DNA of 63,098 bases, counting the filler, from Sphacelaria rigidula (taxonomy: Eukaryota), in assembly GCA_964200075.2 (NCBI GenBank). It is 4 parts of 4 records of this genome, joined end to end, with 100 filler letters (N's around TTAATTAATTAA, not from the genome) between each part and the next. Parts side by side here need not be neighbours in the genome. Positions count along the whole stretch, not along the records: positions 1 to 15,701 come from CAXNAA020001636.1; positions 15,802 to 31,501 come from CAXNAA020001637.1; 2 more parts are not named here. One strand, 5' to 3'. Both the position numbers and the translations under genes were made by a program. Shown one piece after another: positions 13,108 through 27,000 of this stretch (positions are counted from its first letter, which is position 1; every line of letters begins with the position of its first letter). The notes under the pieces were generated by a model. It was given only the letters and a program-made list of their open reading frames with translations. It ran no database searches and had not been told where the DNA came from.

Positions 13108-14467
13108 TTTAGATACAGTTTTGAGTACCGGTCGTCTTGGGAACATGGTTATCCTTATATCGTTGATAAGCAAATGTGCACAACGCTGAGCGTGAGCAGA
13201 GCTGGATGGCCTTTGTGCCTGGCATCACATCGAGACGTGGATTATGTAGGCTATTTCGGGAGAAGCTATTTATCGCCAGCTATTGATGCTGACATTCTAC
13301 GATTGTAGTGCTGTGAAATCACTCCTGTGGTTGCGCATTCTGCTAGATGTGCCTGCTTATATCTTGGGCTGTTTGTACCTACTGCGGAATCAAGGCCTTT
13401 TATTGTCTCGGCCACTCTGGACAGGTATTCCACACCCTCGTGGTACTGCGTGCCACGGTCAGGCAGGCAAGCATACCAAAACATGAACCACACCCTGAGC
13501 TCAACTTGCTTTTCGCCACGGTCGATCTTCCCGGCTTGCGAGGCCACGCGTTTCGAGCGTTAGTCGGACGGGATGGCGTGGTGGACACACGGGATACGTG
13601 TGTAGAGAGAGTACCAAGCAGCGAACAAAGTGTGGCGGATGATATTGGGTAGGTAACAGCCCGTTTCGAGCGTGGGAGCTCATCTCTTCCTTGGCCCAAC
13701 ACTGTATATCGCCGAAAGGATGCACGCAATGTTGTAAGCTGATGGGCAACGTCGTAACAGCAGCACCTACCGTGTCCGCTGCTAGAGCAGTTGAAACGTA
13801 TCGGAGCAATGGGCGCCGTAGAATGTACAGTAGCTGTTTTTTTCGCGAAAAATTTGCCAGCATGGCGGTTGAGCCACTTTTTCTAAACTCGACAAACGCC
13901 TTCCACCACAGATGACCCAAACGTAACCCAGGCCGTTGTCCAAAATAAAAAGGACGTTTCGTCCCCCACCATTTACACTCCCCTCGTTATACCCGTATAG
14001 ATGCGTATGCAATTTACCATTTCTCACCTTCGATAGCAGTGATGCAGGTTTTTCCCATGTTCGAAACGCAATGATATATTTTGTAAGAAATCAATATGCA
14101 GACATGAATGTAGGTAGTCGTTTCGACCGCTTGGGCGAAGAAAGTACCATCGCCGAACTTTGATGAGCGTATGTTTCGCTAGGGCCGCCGTGTTGCCCCG
14201 GATTCGTCCCTTCCATGATTTCGATGTCTTCCCTTCACCCACCAGGAAGTAACTTGGAACAGTGGCGGTACAAATGCTTTGCGGAATTTTAACACCATTT
14301 ATCCTTCACCATACACCATTTAGCCTCACGTGATAATGCCGGGTCGAACAAGAGAGCACCGAGGAGAGGGGGCACGCAAGAGATAACGGGGGGGGGGGGA
14401 TTTTCGGCCATTTCTCGCCCGAAATTTTATCTCGAATCGTCATTGAAAGCAGCAACGTTCGAGTATT

Positions 14468-14596
14468 GCCACGGTAGGGGGTGCACTTTTCAGTTCAAAA
14501 GTCTTCTGAGGCTGTACACGACGGCCCAGATATCTGCCATCGATAGGCTCCTACAGTAAATAGCCTCAGGAACCAAAAGTGCACCCCTACCGTGGC
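14468..14596. mobile_element. 129-bp MITE with about 22-bp TIRs and 3-bp ATT target-site duplication
   Basis: ATT|GCCACGGTAGGGGGTGCACTTTT ... AAAAGTGCACCCCTACCGTGGC|ATT. Confidence 0.75.
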
Positions 14597-15701
14597 ATTG
14601 CTCGTTCCTTCGAACGCGCGTGTTACCAAGGGGCATGTTCATTCGTACCACCTGACTCCGTTTTCACGCAAAAACGAACGCACCACGGATAGTTGGGTTG
14701 TCCGACACGCCTGTGAGCCCCTGTCTTTCACGAAATCAAACACTCGCCCGCCCTTTATCGTAGCATCACCAAAGTCACGCGCTCCGCTGAGGTTGTGAAA
14801 GTTTGTATCAGGTGTGCTATAGAGGTTATTGTGCCCACATTTGAAACGTTCATGACCTCGTCCTGGCACGATGTACATGAACGTTCATAACCCCCGTCAA
14901 ACGAAAGCATGGCACGCAGCGACATGCGCCTCAAGGTACATACCCCTCAGGCCATGTGAGAGATACGATCACAGCACAATGGGTTCAATCCACTGACCAG
15001 AAATGCAACCCTTAGTTTCAGCGTTGGCCAGCCTTCCATAACTCGTACGAAGGGTCCAAAGAGGAAAGAGTCACGGAGTGATGCTGCGGTAGGGGTGCAC
15101 CAAGGGTCTGCTGGGAGAAACATTCTGGACACGTAGGCCCGAAGAACGAAATATTGAGTTTTCCAGGGGAGAGGGAGAGGGGGGGGGGGGGTACACCAAG
15201 CCTTTTATACCCTAGTCTATAGCCGAGGCGTTGGCGGATGCGGTCAGCTGCTACGTACGCAGCAGATTCTTGGCATGAAGACCACTGAGAGGGCGGACAC
15301 GCCGCACCCCTTGAGCTCATCTTCAGTAGCTCCCTCTAGTAGTGAAGACCCCGATGAATCTTCTGAAGCGGCCGTTGCCCCAAGTTTGGCAAGGCGTGAG
15401 AGACACTTTCTACGATACCCCCCCAGAAAAACCAGCCCAAAAGCGTCACGAAAAAAATGGATATTTAGCTCCTGATGTTTGGATTCAGACTGCATGAAGC
15501 GCCTTATATGGGCGACATTGGCGGGAACGAACACAAGCGATGGAATTCCCAGCTGCTCGGTGTGCTTGGCTTTTCACATTTCGATTTACGTGAAGATTTT
15601 GCCTCCCCAAACCAGGCACCTTGGGGGGGGGGGGGGGGGGGCGTTCGTAAAAAGTGGCGGGAACATGTTTATTTTTTTGCTAACGGTTTCCCTACCAGGG
15701 G

Positions 15702-15801
15702 NNNNNNNNNNNNNNNNNNNNNNNNNNNNNNNNNNNNNNNNNNNNTTAATTAATTAANNNNNNNNNNNNNNNNNNNNNNNNNNNNNNNNNNNNNNNNNNN
15801 N
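15702..15801. other. Artificial scaffold linker (N44-TTAATTAATTAA-N44)
   Basis: The same 100-nt construct appears three times, and TTAATTAATTAA has stops in all six frames. Confidence 0.95.
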
Positions 15802-15821
15802 TTCTGACCCTGTCACTTAAC

Positions 15822-16086
15822 GGCCCATTATACGGCCTATACTTGGAGTTGGACCCTGAAATTTGGTATGGACAATGAGTAGGGCATAATAAAAAAATTA
15901 CTGGCGTACACAAAGGTTTTTTTCTTCATGAGTTGAGGGCAATAATCAGTTTTCAGATATCGGTAAAATGCCTCTAATTCATGAAAAAAAAAACTTGTGT
16001 ACGCCAGTATTTTTTTTATTATGCCCTACTTATTATCCATACCAAATTTCAGGATCCAACTCCAAGTATTGGCCGTAAAATGGGCC
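15822..16086. mobile_element. Foldback element / MITE forming a near-complete 265-nt hairpin
   Basis: GGCCCATTATACGGCCTATACTTGGAGTTGGACCCTGAAATTTGGTATGGA... pairs with ...TCCATACCAAATTTCAGGATCCAACTCCAAGTATTGGCCGTAAAATGGGCC. Arms are about 120 bp with a short central loop. Confidence 0.85.
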
Positions 16087-18594
16087 TGCAAACTGCAGCA
16101 TCGCTTCTCGGCTGGCCCAGCTCGTACCAAGTGCAAGTAATACCATGAAAACAAGCTGCTACCACCCTGCACTTGAAAACCTGAGGAGGCTTCTCTGGGT
16201 CAGGTATAGGGCCCCCACATGATCTTTGCAGCGGCATCACACTCGACAACAATCTCCGCGCTGGTCTTTCGGGTCTGGTCGATAAATTTCGTCTCGCCGT
16301 GATCGGGCAGGTCGCTCGAAGACTGATCTTTCATTATTCCACTAACACAGTAACACAGGATCAACCCCGTGTTAGTGAGGGTCCGGTCCCAAAAGGATGA
16401 AGTTACGCTCAATTAACAGAGATGGAGACCCACGCTGGAGGTATATGGGTCAAACCTACACCCTGAAATAGTCGTGTGTCCCGTTCGGTGTATCGCAACT
16501 GTGAGAAGTTCTCGTTGCCCACGTGGCGGTACTTGCCACCAAAGCACACCGGCGGTCCTGAACAACAAATAACTCTCCTACCGTAAGCAGATAAAACCCC
16601 ATCATCAAACCGACGAAGGGCTTTGGGTAAATGCTGAGCACAAATCTAGCTTTTGGGGCGACTCCTGCAACGGCGAATAAGCCCTCTCCCACTAAAAAGC
16701 CGCGTATCAACGACGCCAGTGTGGGGTTTGTATGCGGCCATGTACAACCAGCACATGGAATTGTCATGTGCGGTGAATCCCCATCGCTCGAGGGGGCTCC
16801 GTACAGGGAATGATGCACCAAGAAAAACCGCAAATGGGCTCCAACAACCTTCGTGAGAGGAAGCATCGAAATTAGCGAGAACGTATCGCACTTACTAGGA
16901 TAACCACAAGGGCGATCAACGCCTGAAGACTGCGAAAACAAACAAGCGAGGGATTTCAAATGAAATCTCTGCAACTACAAGGCCACCTACCACTCATGCA
17001 CCTTACTTTACCGTTGATTTGACAGCAGTCGGTCACAGACGGCGACTTCCCGCGAGAATGTCCGAGGTTTACTATGCGGCAGCCATCATCTGAAATTGCG
17101 CTTCTCGTCACCGCCGACCGTAGCACCGGCTCGGAACAATCGTGCGTCCATTTCATCTAGCCAGTCTTGTGCGGTCACCTCTGTCTCCACCAGGTTCAAG
17201 CCCCTATCAAAATATTTTTCCCAGCTATGCGTGGCTTGACGTTCATGCGGACCAGCCGCCCATGCTCCCGGGGCCTCGATGGAAAAGGCGCCAAGGGCAA
17301 AATTATCGTTCGATACCAGCAATGACCTTGATATCGCGTATGAATCTGTGTCAGTAGTCGTCCTGCTCAAACGAGACGCAAAATCGTGATCCGATACCTT
17401 GGCAGCAAAAGCCGCTTTGGTCAACGGCGCTATGCCAACGGTACCAGGCATTGATCCCGGGTCGGTATACGTGCGGGAGCAACGGCCATAATCCGCACTA
17501 TCCGAAGCTATCTGTGCGGGTGCTTGCTGCGCTGGCGCACCTGGTCGCAATTCCCTGTTTATCTCGGAACGTAGACTCGCCGAGTCCTCTGAAGCGGGTG
17601 TGGTCGGCGGCGTGCCCCGATGACACACGTTGGGTGTCACCTCTATCAATGTCTCGCAGCACACTTCGCGAGAGCGAGCTAGCTGAGAAATTTCACTCTC
17701 TCTTGTTCGTAGCTCGATATCTGCCGCTGCTGCACTCAGACTCGAGGGTGCGCTTTCGTTCGCGCTCACCTTTCCTGCTGCCATTTGGTTGCAGCAGAAG
17801 TCCTGGGAATGGGACAGCTCAGGAGATACACTTTAAACTGCGGAGAGCTTGGAATGTGTCGCTGCCACGATCGCAGGTGCTGTTGAGGCACCATCCACTA
17901 TCAACTGGTCCGCTGCCGAGGTTGGAACACAGCAAGTCAACCCCTGAGGGACAACTGGCTGACAACACCCGTAACTCGGGTGCGTTGTATCTATCGCAAA
18001 TGTGTGCGCGAATGCTTTCGAAGCTGCGTTCGTATTAATCCGTTCTAACTCCCACGCTGCATCGGAGCGCGACCCTCCTTGTAAACTGCCCAGCTGACAC
18101 GTCCCCGTTGTGAGGAGCTTGGAATCTAACGCCATATCATCGTAGTCTTGTACGTCACCCCTGCAGCCACCTCTGGTGTAACATCCACAGCACCGTTCGT
18201 TATGCTCGTCTTGTACACCAAAAACGGTGGAAATGCACGTGGAAGCGATCCTTGCTGACGAGGAGGCAGAAATGCCGCCGGCACGACAACACGCCGGCAT
18301 GATGGTGTCATTGCTGTCAAAGTGACGCCGGGAGGTAAAGGAGTAAACGTCAAGCGTTTTGCTCTCGATAAACCGCTGCATCGAACTAGAGAGGACGAGG
18401 ATCGGGTATACAGCGCAAAGAGGACGGGTGGGAAGGCGATCAACGTATTGCCATCCATTTTCGAAATCCAACAGAGTATCGGGAGTGTACAAAGCTGCAC
18501 TTTCGGCGAGGGAGCGCGAGCGAAATTTTCGATCGCAAAGGCGACGGGGGTGCACCGTTCACATGTCGAGAGTCTACGAACGACGCCTCGCAAC

Positions 18595-18660
18595 CGCGCC
18601 CCGCTTATGACGGTACAGCTGAGTATTAGGGTGGGGAGAACGTGGGTTCGATCCCCGCCA
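18595..18660 (+). mobile_element. tRNA-derived SINE head
   Basis: CGCGCCCCGCTTATGACGGTACAGCTGAG...GTGGGTTCGATCCCCGC. It shares GGTACAGCTGAG and the B box with 2457-2533. Confidence 0.5.
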
Positions 18661-21600
18661 GCTGTACAGTACCTGATATCCGTCGTTGGAAGCGTGAGGA
18701 CTTGAATAGCAAAAAGGGTTGACTGAGTTCGACGATAGTCCACGCAGTGCGGGAGTGCTGATCTAATCGGCTTCACAGAAATATACGGCGTGTATCGAGG
18801 GAGTGATAGATAGATCCCCGGAGACCACGAATTAGTCGCGAGGGACGGACGGAAGGCGTAAACAGCGTGACGACAAAAAAAGGAGGATCCAGGACGGAGT
18901 TTTTCAAAAACCCATCCCTTTAAGGCTAGGGCAGGAGAACATCATTACTTTGCCGGCGACACCATGACAGCAGCAGGAGGCTGCAACGTCGTCACGCTAG
19001 AGCACCAGTAGCTTTACTCGACAAGTCATACTCCATGTTATCCAGGATTGGGGTTGATTTTACAATACTCACGTGCAGAATATGTTCTGGCATAGACCGG
19101 TGGCCGAAGTATGCCATTCCTCCATCGGTGGGATGGACGGTGTGCCTGCCGACCGTATTGAGTTGTAGATTGTCTGCAGGTGTTTGTACGTGTCGCCGTC
19201 CTGCGCTATAGCCAGGGCTGATGCCATACAGTGTACACCACGACCCCTTTTGCGATACATACACGGAGGCATCGGCGAGTATCACAAGGGAACGGCACAC
19301 ATGCGCAGACGACGTTGGCAGGCATATAGTCTCAACTAGCATGTATGTCGGAACGCGATGTATGAGTCAGCGATCGTCAACCAGGACGGTTGTAATGAGC
19401 GAGTCCTGTAGGCCAAACCTCTAAATCCCACAGGTGACAAAATTTCACCCGACAGAGCAACACACAGATTTGACGGAATAGTATTTAAACACGCCCTCTG
19501 ACACGCTTCTCCGGCTCAACAACCTCACAACATTTGGCAACCGAGAAAAACCTCGAGACCGTTCGACACAAACAGGATATACGCTGGTTTGTAAACCCAG
19601 CACTCCTTGACCCGCCCAGAATATTTTGGACTCCAAATTTATGAATGTGTACTCGACAGTCGTGCGATTTATCGTGAATGCTGCTCGCACCACGGGAACA
19701 ATCAAATCTAAAGATCAGTTGAGCCTACTGAGATCCAGGAAACATGCCACAGATCGGGCATCTCATCACGGCTTGCGTTCCCCAGCTGCGCACGATACGA
19801 ATGACAGGCACCGAAACACAAACTGTGCGTGCCGTTTTCACCACTTGCAAGGGTTTCGCCTCGAACGTGCAACCGAGTGGATTTGGTGCGCGTCCAACCA
19901 CAGGGCATGTGCGTCTCATTTTCTCACCCCAAAGCAAAGTTGCATAGGCCGGGGTAGCGAGCAAGGACGTCAACGCAACGCTTAGTTCTCTTCAGCGAGC
20001 CTTCCGTGTCATTGATTGCAGCCTTGAACATGGCCAAGGTGCTGGTATCAGGAGGGAGAAAAAAAACAAAAAACAGTGTAAACGAGTACGAAGCTACCGC
20101 GGGAGCTTAGGTCATGTCTGAACAGGGCGGGGGCACGGGGGGGCACGGGGGGGGGGGGGACTTGCAAAAGACATTTTTGGCACACGTTCATTAGCGAACA
20201 ACGAGTTTCCATTGGACACAAGTACAAACAGGTATTGCCATCTGAACGGATGGTCCAAGGACATTGACTGAATCACTCGTGACTGAATCACACGAATACG
20301 TACACAGGAAGGTTCAAGGAAATGCACTGGCACACAAACACGCAGTGCGGCTGTGCTGGCTCTTCGTCATCTACAGAGAGCAGCCCCTGTTCAGCAATTC
20401 GGTCAGGGTTGACGGAGGGGCGGTGGTGCGCCTGCCAAACATCGATGCCAGGACGCAAGTGTTGAGCATTTGTTGGTGTTGCATTGAGGGCATGTCTGAA
20501 GCAAGTCATCGTTTGATATCTTTTGTGAAATGTGAAACATGACACAAACACGTGTTTACTACTCGGATCCTGGCCTTGAGCCTTCAGGACGTCACGATTG
20601 CTCAACCTTTTGACTGACAGGATGGATCATATTTTGAAACGGCATCATTTTCACTTGTAATAAAGAATTCAAGGCTCAGATGCCCCCCCCTGGTGGTGAA
20701 AGGGTCGAAGTCGAGAAACGGTGGGACTAAGTTGCAGCTGTTTGCTGAAATGTCAGATAGTCGAACACTTCTCCAGAAAAACTCGTTCCAAGTCTGCAGC
20801 TTAACAATTGTGGTGCTCGCCTCGCGGTTCATGTGCGGTATCGCTTGATGGAAAAATTCAAAAACTAAGGAAGATACAACAACTTTCCCACCTTGAGAAC
20901 GCCAGGAATGGAACAGTCCCCCACATCACACAAAATCTGCCACAGAGAGTAATAGCAGACACGACTCGACACCAGAGCAATGAGTTTCATCGTAGGTGTT
21001 CATGCCTATCTTCTTCACCCACTGCAAACTGACGCCACACTTTGTTGCATGGGTTTCGATATTGGGCGAGAAAGCGATCACTTCGGTACACCTACAGGGG
21101 AAAATTATAGAACTGCTCTCGATCACGATTATCGGAATATGCTTGCACGGTACGGTACAGATTGAAGGTGCGGTATGGTACGGGGGCGGACGAAGACGGC
21201 ACTCGCCTCCGTGAAGTCCAATAAGCGCGTTCATCGCAGCCCTTGGTATGCCGTACGTGCAGACTGTATTGCATGTGTTCACGTATGTCGATCAACCGAT
21301 CCATCCGGATCCCGATCGCCATCGCCATGTCTAGAGAGGAAATCAGAGTCAATGTAACCCGAACAGCCGGTACGGTGCGACTGATGGCGCTAGTGTGCCG
21401 CCACTTCAAAAGAAAGTACCGGCTTCACCGTAGCATGTATGTCCCAATGTTTGTGTTCAGCTTGAAATTGTGAAGTAATACGATAAACCCTACCCCCCAA
21501 AACGACTGAACGACTAGTCGCACACGAGAAATACAGATTACACTGACAGCTCCTTGTTCCAAAGAATAAGTGGGAAAAGCGCAGGCAACGCCATCCTTGA

Positions 21601-22689
21601 TCTCAGAACCCGTCCAACAACAAAGGAAGAAAACACAAAATGACAGTTGAAACTGAAAAATACGTGGGAGATACGAAAGCACAGCAAAGAACGTAGGAAA
21701 AACACGCCCCAAAAAACACAATCCAAGTAACGCTTCATGAGGACAGGACGTTTGCAAGTGCAAAAAAAAACACTGAACAAAACAAATACAAATATGTCCA
21801 ACTAAAACACGTAAAAAAACCACGCGTCTACCCAGGGGCCGCATATCTCGCAGCAACATGCCTTTGACGTTACAGAGGATCTGCGTGGCCACTATTGCCC
21901 TAGTGTGGTAAGGTACCGCACGGTATCGGTAAATCTGCAGCACAGCGCGGTACGGTACAAGCAACACGCGGTGCGTTTTGCACGGTGCAGTAACCATGAA
22001 GTATGACCTTGCGAGGTGCCAAGGTTGGATGCTGAACAGCACAGTAACAATGAAGTATGACCTCGCCAGATACCAAGGTCGCCCTGCGTTTCTTTTACTG
22101 CTGTAAAATCATCGAGGACAACCCTCGACAACTTACTTCTTGGTGGAAAAGCCCGAGCAGTGCTGGTTCTTTTTTCTCTTCAAATTGGTTCCATCCGCTC
22201 GTGCCGTCATTTTTCGATATCGCTTACTCTAGGGTCTCAAAATGTGAGGATGGAACGGGCATCTTGCACAACAGTCCATTGAATGGGTCTCAATGTTGCG
22301 TGAAACATCGATAGGTCATGCCCAATACGTATCATCTCAGTACAAGGAAGCTGCCCACGCGCTGAGCGATAAGACGTCTGGCTGCAGCATGATTCAGAAA
22401 TGGTTATCACTTCGAACATGAGATCGGGTGTCATCGGCACAGACGACAAGCGCCCCGCGTACCAAGACGTGCTACGACCCTCGCCCAACGTTTGGCATGT
22501 ACTTCATCAAACAGCAAAATGATCCGCCACAATGCCGCCACCAAACACATTACCGTTTTGCGCGAAATGCCACACAGGTGAAACTTCAGCTAGTTCCGAC
22601 TAATGTTGGCCGCGGCTGTTGACGCAGGCGCCTTGAGAACCTGGCACGGACGAAGTGCACTTGGAGAGATGGATAGTCTCACCCTACAT

Positions 22690-22945
22690 AGGTCGGACGG
22701 ATTAATGATTCATCTGGAAATTATTCAATTTTAGTGTAGTTGATTCGTACCGCACGAATCAATCCTTGGGCTTTGTTTTCAGCGTTGCAACCCAGGTACG
22801 CGCAGCCCAGGCACGTGGAATGGCGCAAAACTTGCGTGGGGATGTTCTTGACCAGCGGTCAACTTTTTTTCTCTTTTATGAACGATCAGGCCTGAAAAAT
22901 CGTGGATTTGGTTATTCCAACCGGCGTTGATTCATCCGAACCGTG
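22690..22945 (+). mobile_element. About 260-bp dispersed MITE-like repeat; other copies at about 30030-30252 (+), 31602-31663 (partial) and 37872-38125 (-)
   Basis: Shared core TTGATTCGTACCGCACGAATCAATCC..TTTTCAGCGTTGCAACCCAGGTAC..TGGAATGGCGCAAAA, with GGTYGGAC...GTCCKAAC-like termini. Confidence 0.75.
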
Positions 22946-24041
22946 TTACCTTATGACGTCACGGAATGAGAATACATGCAGCACGACAACTACCGAGTCG
23001 GCTCACCAGTTAATCATGAGCCCACCTACCCCGTTCCGGACTTCCTCGCTGTCGTTGAAAACCATCGGTTGAGCGCCAAGGGAATACATGGACCGAATGG
23101 ACGTGCGAGGGGAACACGGTAGTAAAGGGAGGATGTGTTGCTGTCGGACAGTAGAGGCGAGCATGGCGGCACTTCAACATGACGTTGAATGGCTCACAAA
23201 CATTCCAACATATAGCATTTTGTGGCTGTCACTCGAGCAAGCCGTGCACACCCGAGTCGCGAAGGTTGACGGGGACTTTGACGCTTAAGCTCTTCCAGCA
23301 GCAGGAAACGCAGCGACACCCAAGACAATGACCCGACGCTTAACCGTAGGGTACACATCTTTTGGGTCAGGGGAAATGCAGTCCGTGAGCTGCTTTGCTT
23401 CGTCAAGGTGAGCGAATCTTGATTTTGATCGATCGATTAATGATTGTTGCCCATCGACTGATACGCCCTAAATCAAGCCGTGGTCACGAGATATACATAC
23501 CAAGGATAACGTAGAATGGAACACTCGCTTAGGGAACTCGGGAGCTTCGCGACATAGAAAAGAAAGGGGAGAACAGTCGAGAGTAAAAGAGAGAACTAAA
23601 AATGGTAAGCCCCTATCCTATGGCTTCCGGCAACGAGATTGTACAAAAACAAAAAAAGGAAGAGGCCGTGGAACTCGGTGGTGATCCAGCTCTCTGACGA
23701 CCACAGTATTTCGGCGGGAGCCGTCACCCATGAGCTCTCCAGAAGCGAGACACTAAGGCGATATGGTACAAGTAAACTCAAAACAATGACAACAACAGCA
23801 GCAGCAGCAGCAGCAGCAGTAAAACAAACGCAAAGCAATCAATATATGTATATGGTACGGAGTGACCGCGCGAGTACCTGTCGACAGCACACTCCAATCG
23901 GTCAAATTGCGGCTTCATCTGTACCACACATGTGTGTACGGCACTTCCCGACTCGACCCCTCCGCCTTCTCCATACGTGAACGGCTTCGTCGGCACGACC
24001 GCGTCGTCGCTCGTCGAGCACGCTCCACCGCAGCTGCGTAC

Positions 24042-27000
24042 CTCGGCCGCGGAGTCCATGTCGAGCGACTGTCGACCATCGATGATATCGGTCCCCCTTG
24101 TACGCCCGCGAATGAGGTCGGTGAACATCGCCTGAGTCAAGCGTCGATTGCACCTCACAGCATACCGAAACAAGTCTCCCTGGGTGATCAGGGCCTCGAC
24201 CTACTGGGTTTGAACCCCGACGAGGAAACATGGCAAACCGCAGAGCAGTACGGACGAGAAGATTGGTGTGTAGGTTACGAAGTGGAGAAAGTGAGGTTAG
24301 CCGTACAACCATCCGGGGGTGTCCATCTGTTGAGCCAGCAGCATACCCTGGACTTGCAAATGCCCATCAGCTTCGGGTGTTCATCTGCGGGCGTTCAAGG
24401 CTCCAACTTTTTCGAGAGACATCCAATGTGCACAGCACGACACAAACACCAGTTAGTGCAAGCAGCCGCTGGGACGGATTTATGACGGCTTTCATTCAAC
24501 TCGTAGGCGGTCCACTCTTCACACATCGCATCGAGCAAAAACCGAAAAGGTTCATGATGGGGAGATCCCGGGAGACGGGGGCCTCAGCCATGAACCACGC
24601 TGCCCTTTTAATTTCCTCGTCCATGCTTGGGTACGTCCATCATGAGACCGCGGCTGGACCCCTGGGGGGTCATAAATCAATCAATCAATCGAAAATACTT
24701 GCTCCCAACCGAGTTCGAGAAAATAGGGTGACAAGTCAAAGATTCTTGTCCCCAGTGCGGGCCGCAGATTTCGGCAAAAAACAGGATTGACAGGCGGGGT
24801 GACGTGCGGTGTCCATGACTAGTGACAAGCGTCTGGCGGCAAAAGGATGCTAAATGCGAAATCGCCTGCTAATTGGAACCATCAGTCAAGGTCCTACACC
24901 GTTTGCGCCATCTACTCACCGAAATTCACCTGTAAAGGGTCGCCCGTTTTGGCCCGGCAAAAGGACAGTACTTCATCCGACCCTTCGCTGTTTCCATGGA
25001 CTGCCCTCACTTCGTCGGCGAATGTTACGAGTTCCGCAAAATCCTGCCCGAGAGGAGTTGGCGGAGACTTTACTTCATCGGGATACATTTCCGTCCATCT
25101 TGTCTCATTGCCGACCCACAACAAAAAGCAGAAGTAAATAACGATCGACTTACTTCCGCACCTCAACACAAGTGCTGCGAATCACAAGATTCCTCACAAG
25201 AAACGTTGGCTGGAGTCCCCAGAGTGCCGACCGGGACCCCCAAAAATGGAAAACATGCACACCCTGGACAATATATGGTCAATGGATGCAATAGACGAGA
25301 AGTGTACCGCATAAAGTATAGGTCTATCGCAACTATTGCAGGCCGACAATAGACGCAACAGGCACATACTTCATGCAGTACTTTTTATTGTCTATTGCAA
25401 CTATTGACCATGAATTGTCCAAGGTGTGAAAACATGTCACCATGCCGACTTCCGAACTTCTGGGAGAGGGTGAACAACCTCATTGTTGAGCGGCGAAACG
25501 AAGGACGGTCGGTGCGATGGAGTGAGCAACCAAAAGGGTAAGGTATACCTCGTGAGCTCTAACCATTGCTCTGGCACATTGGTTGGCGAGGTTTTCTCAC
25601 GGAGAATCACGCCTATGTCGGTCCTTGCAGACAGTTTCTTGTAACCTTCATCACGAACAGCCTTCGACGACTTGACGACATCGGGTTGGCGCAGCATAAC
25701 TGCGGCTTCTACTCTACCGCGTCTACAGCATATACATTGATATCCGCTACCATGCCTGCTCGTGCCAATTGCACTGTATCTGTTGGGGTCGAGCAGGGTG
25801 GCATGCGCCGCGTCCGGTGTATAGTTCGCGTGGGGGTGTACTCATGGGGGTGACAAATGTTCACCCTTGACGGAGGGCGCTGGGAAAACCATCTGCAAGC
25901 GCGTTCGCGCATGCTGAGTGTTTCACCAAGGTTCGATGATGCGTGAGCACAGCAGCGTCCATTTTTACGGGGGGGGGGGGGGGGGGGGCTGAAAAAACCA
26001 AGAGCGGGGGGACCCCCTGGGGACAGGAAAAAGGATTCCAGGGGCCAGGCCCGGGTACANNNNNNNNGGGTGGCGCGCTGTAGTGCCAACGCGGCGAGAG
26101 GGGGGGGTGGGGCGGGGGGGAGGTGAGGGGGAGTCTGACATAACCAAGATCGGCGGTACCCGCTGTGGACACGAAACAGGATTCCAGTGGCCAAGCCCAG
26201 GTACAGCAGTAGCCAAGAGCGTAAATTTAGTGGCCCGAAACAGGTGAAACCCACGGAGGAAGACAAGTGTAACTTACGGTTATGAATCGCATCAGCGTGC
26301 ATAGCAGCCTTGCTGGATCACACGAAACTCTGCATATTTGCCCGTCTTCGACCGAGGCATCGTGTGTTCGCGGTAAAGCCAACGAGGAACCGGACTAACG
26401 AGGAATCGAGTCGAATACATTTCTTTTTTGTTCCATGAGCTAACTGTACTGTAATGTAATGAACAATAACAAAGCGCGTCATTTCCTGGCAACTGCAAAA
26501 ACCGAGAATGTTGACCGTTGACTTACATCCTGGACGGCGCCTGAGCCGAGCTGCTGTATGATGGCGTCAGCTCGATAAAGATGCTCGGAGAATTTCACCT
26601 GCGCTGGTACAACATCCGCAAGGGAGGGTCCGAGTTCAGACATGGCAATGCTACGCGTTCCGACTGCCCGAGAGCATGTCCTAGGCGACGCACCAAGCAA
26701 TTTCCTGGTTTTGACATGATGGATACCTGTACCACTGAGTTGAAAGCAGGTGTCGCCCGACGCTGATATACGCACGGCGGCCGCCCGTTGGTGACCCTTT
26801 TGAGGCGGCTTGGTTGGTCACTGGACAGTCGTCAACTCATGGCCCACTCGATATTTAAGCTTGTTTTGTCGGAAGGGTTGTCCAGAGCACACCGAAATCT
26901 CAGCAAAGTTTCGAGAAAATTTGAACCGAAAAGCTTGCTGATGAAGAACACACCTTGTTTCCCGTGAAGCTGCAGACGATGGCCAGCGCTACGTGTGCCC

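Noticed and set aside
13266-14300. Possible DDE transposase remnant (VLFILDN)
   Set aside because: Only one short motif, with no consistent catalytic triad or termini.
16456-18555. Minus-strand ORFs of 170-240 aa as gag/pol, with a primer-binding site at 18640-18670
   Set aside because: No zinc knuckle, protease, RT or integrase motifs and no LTR pair. The tRNA-like piece is better explained as a SINE head.
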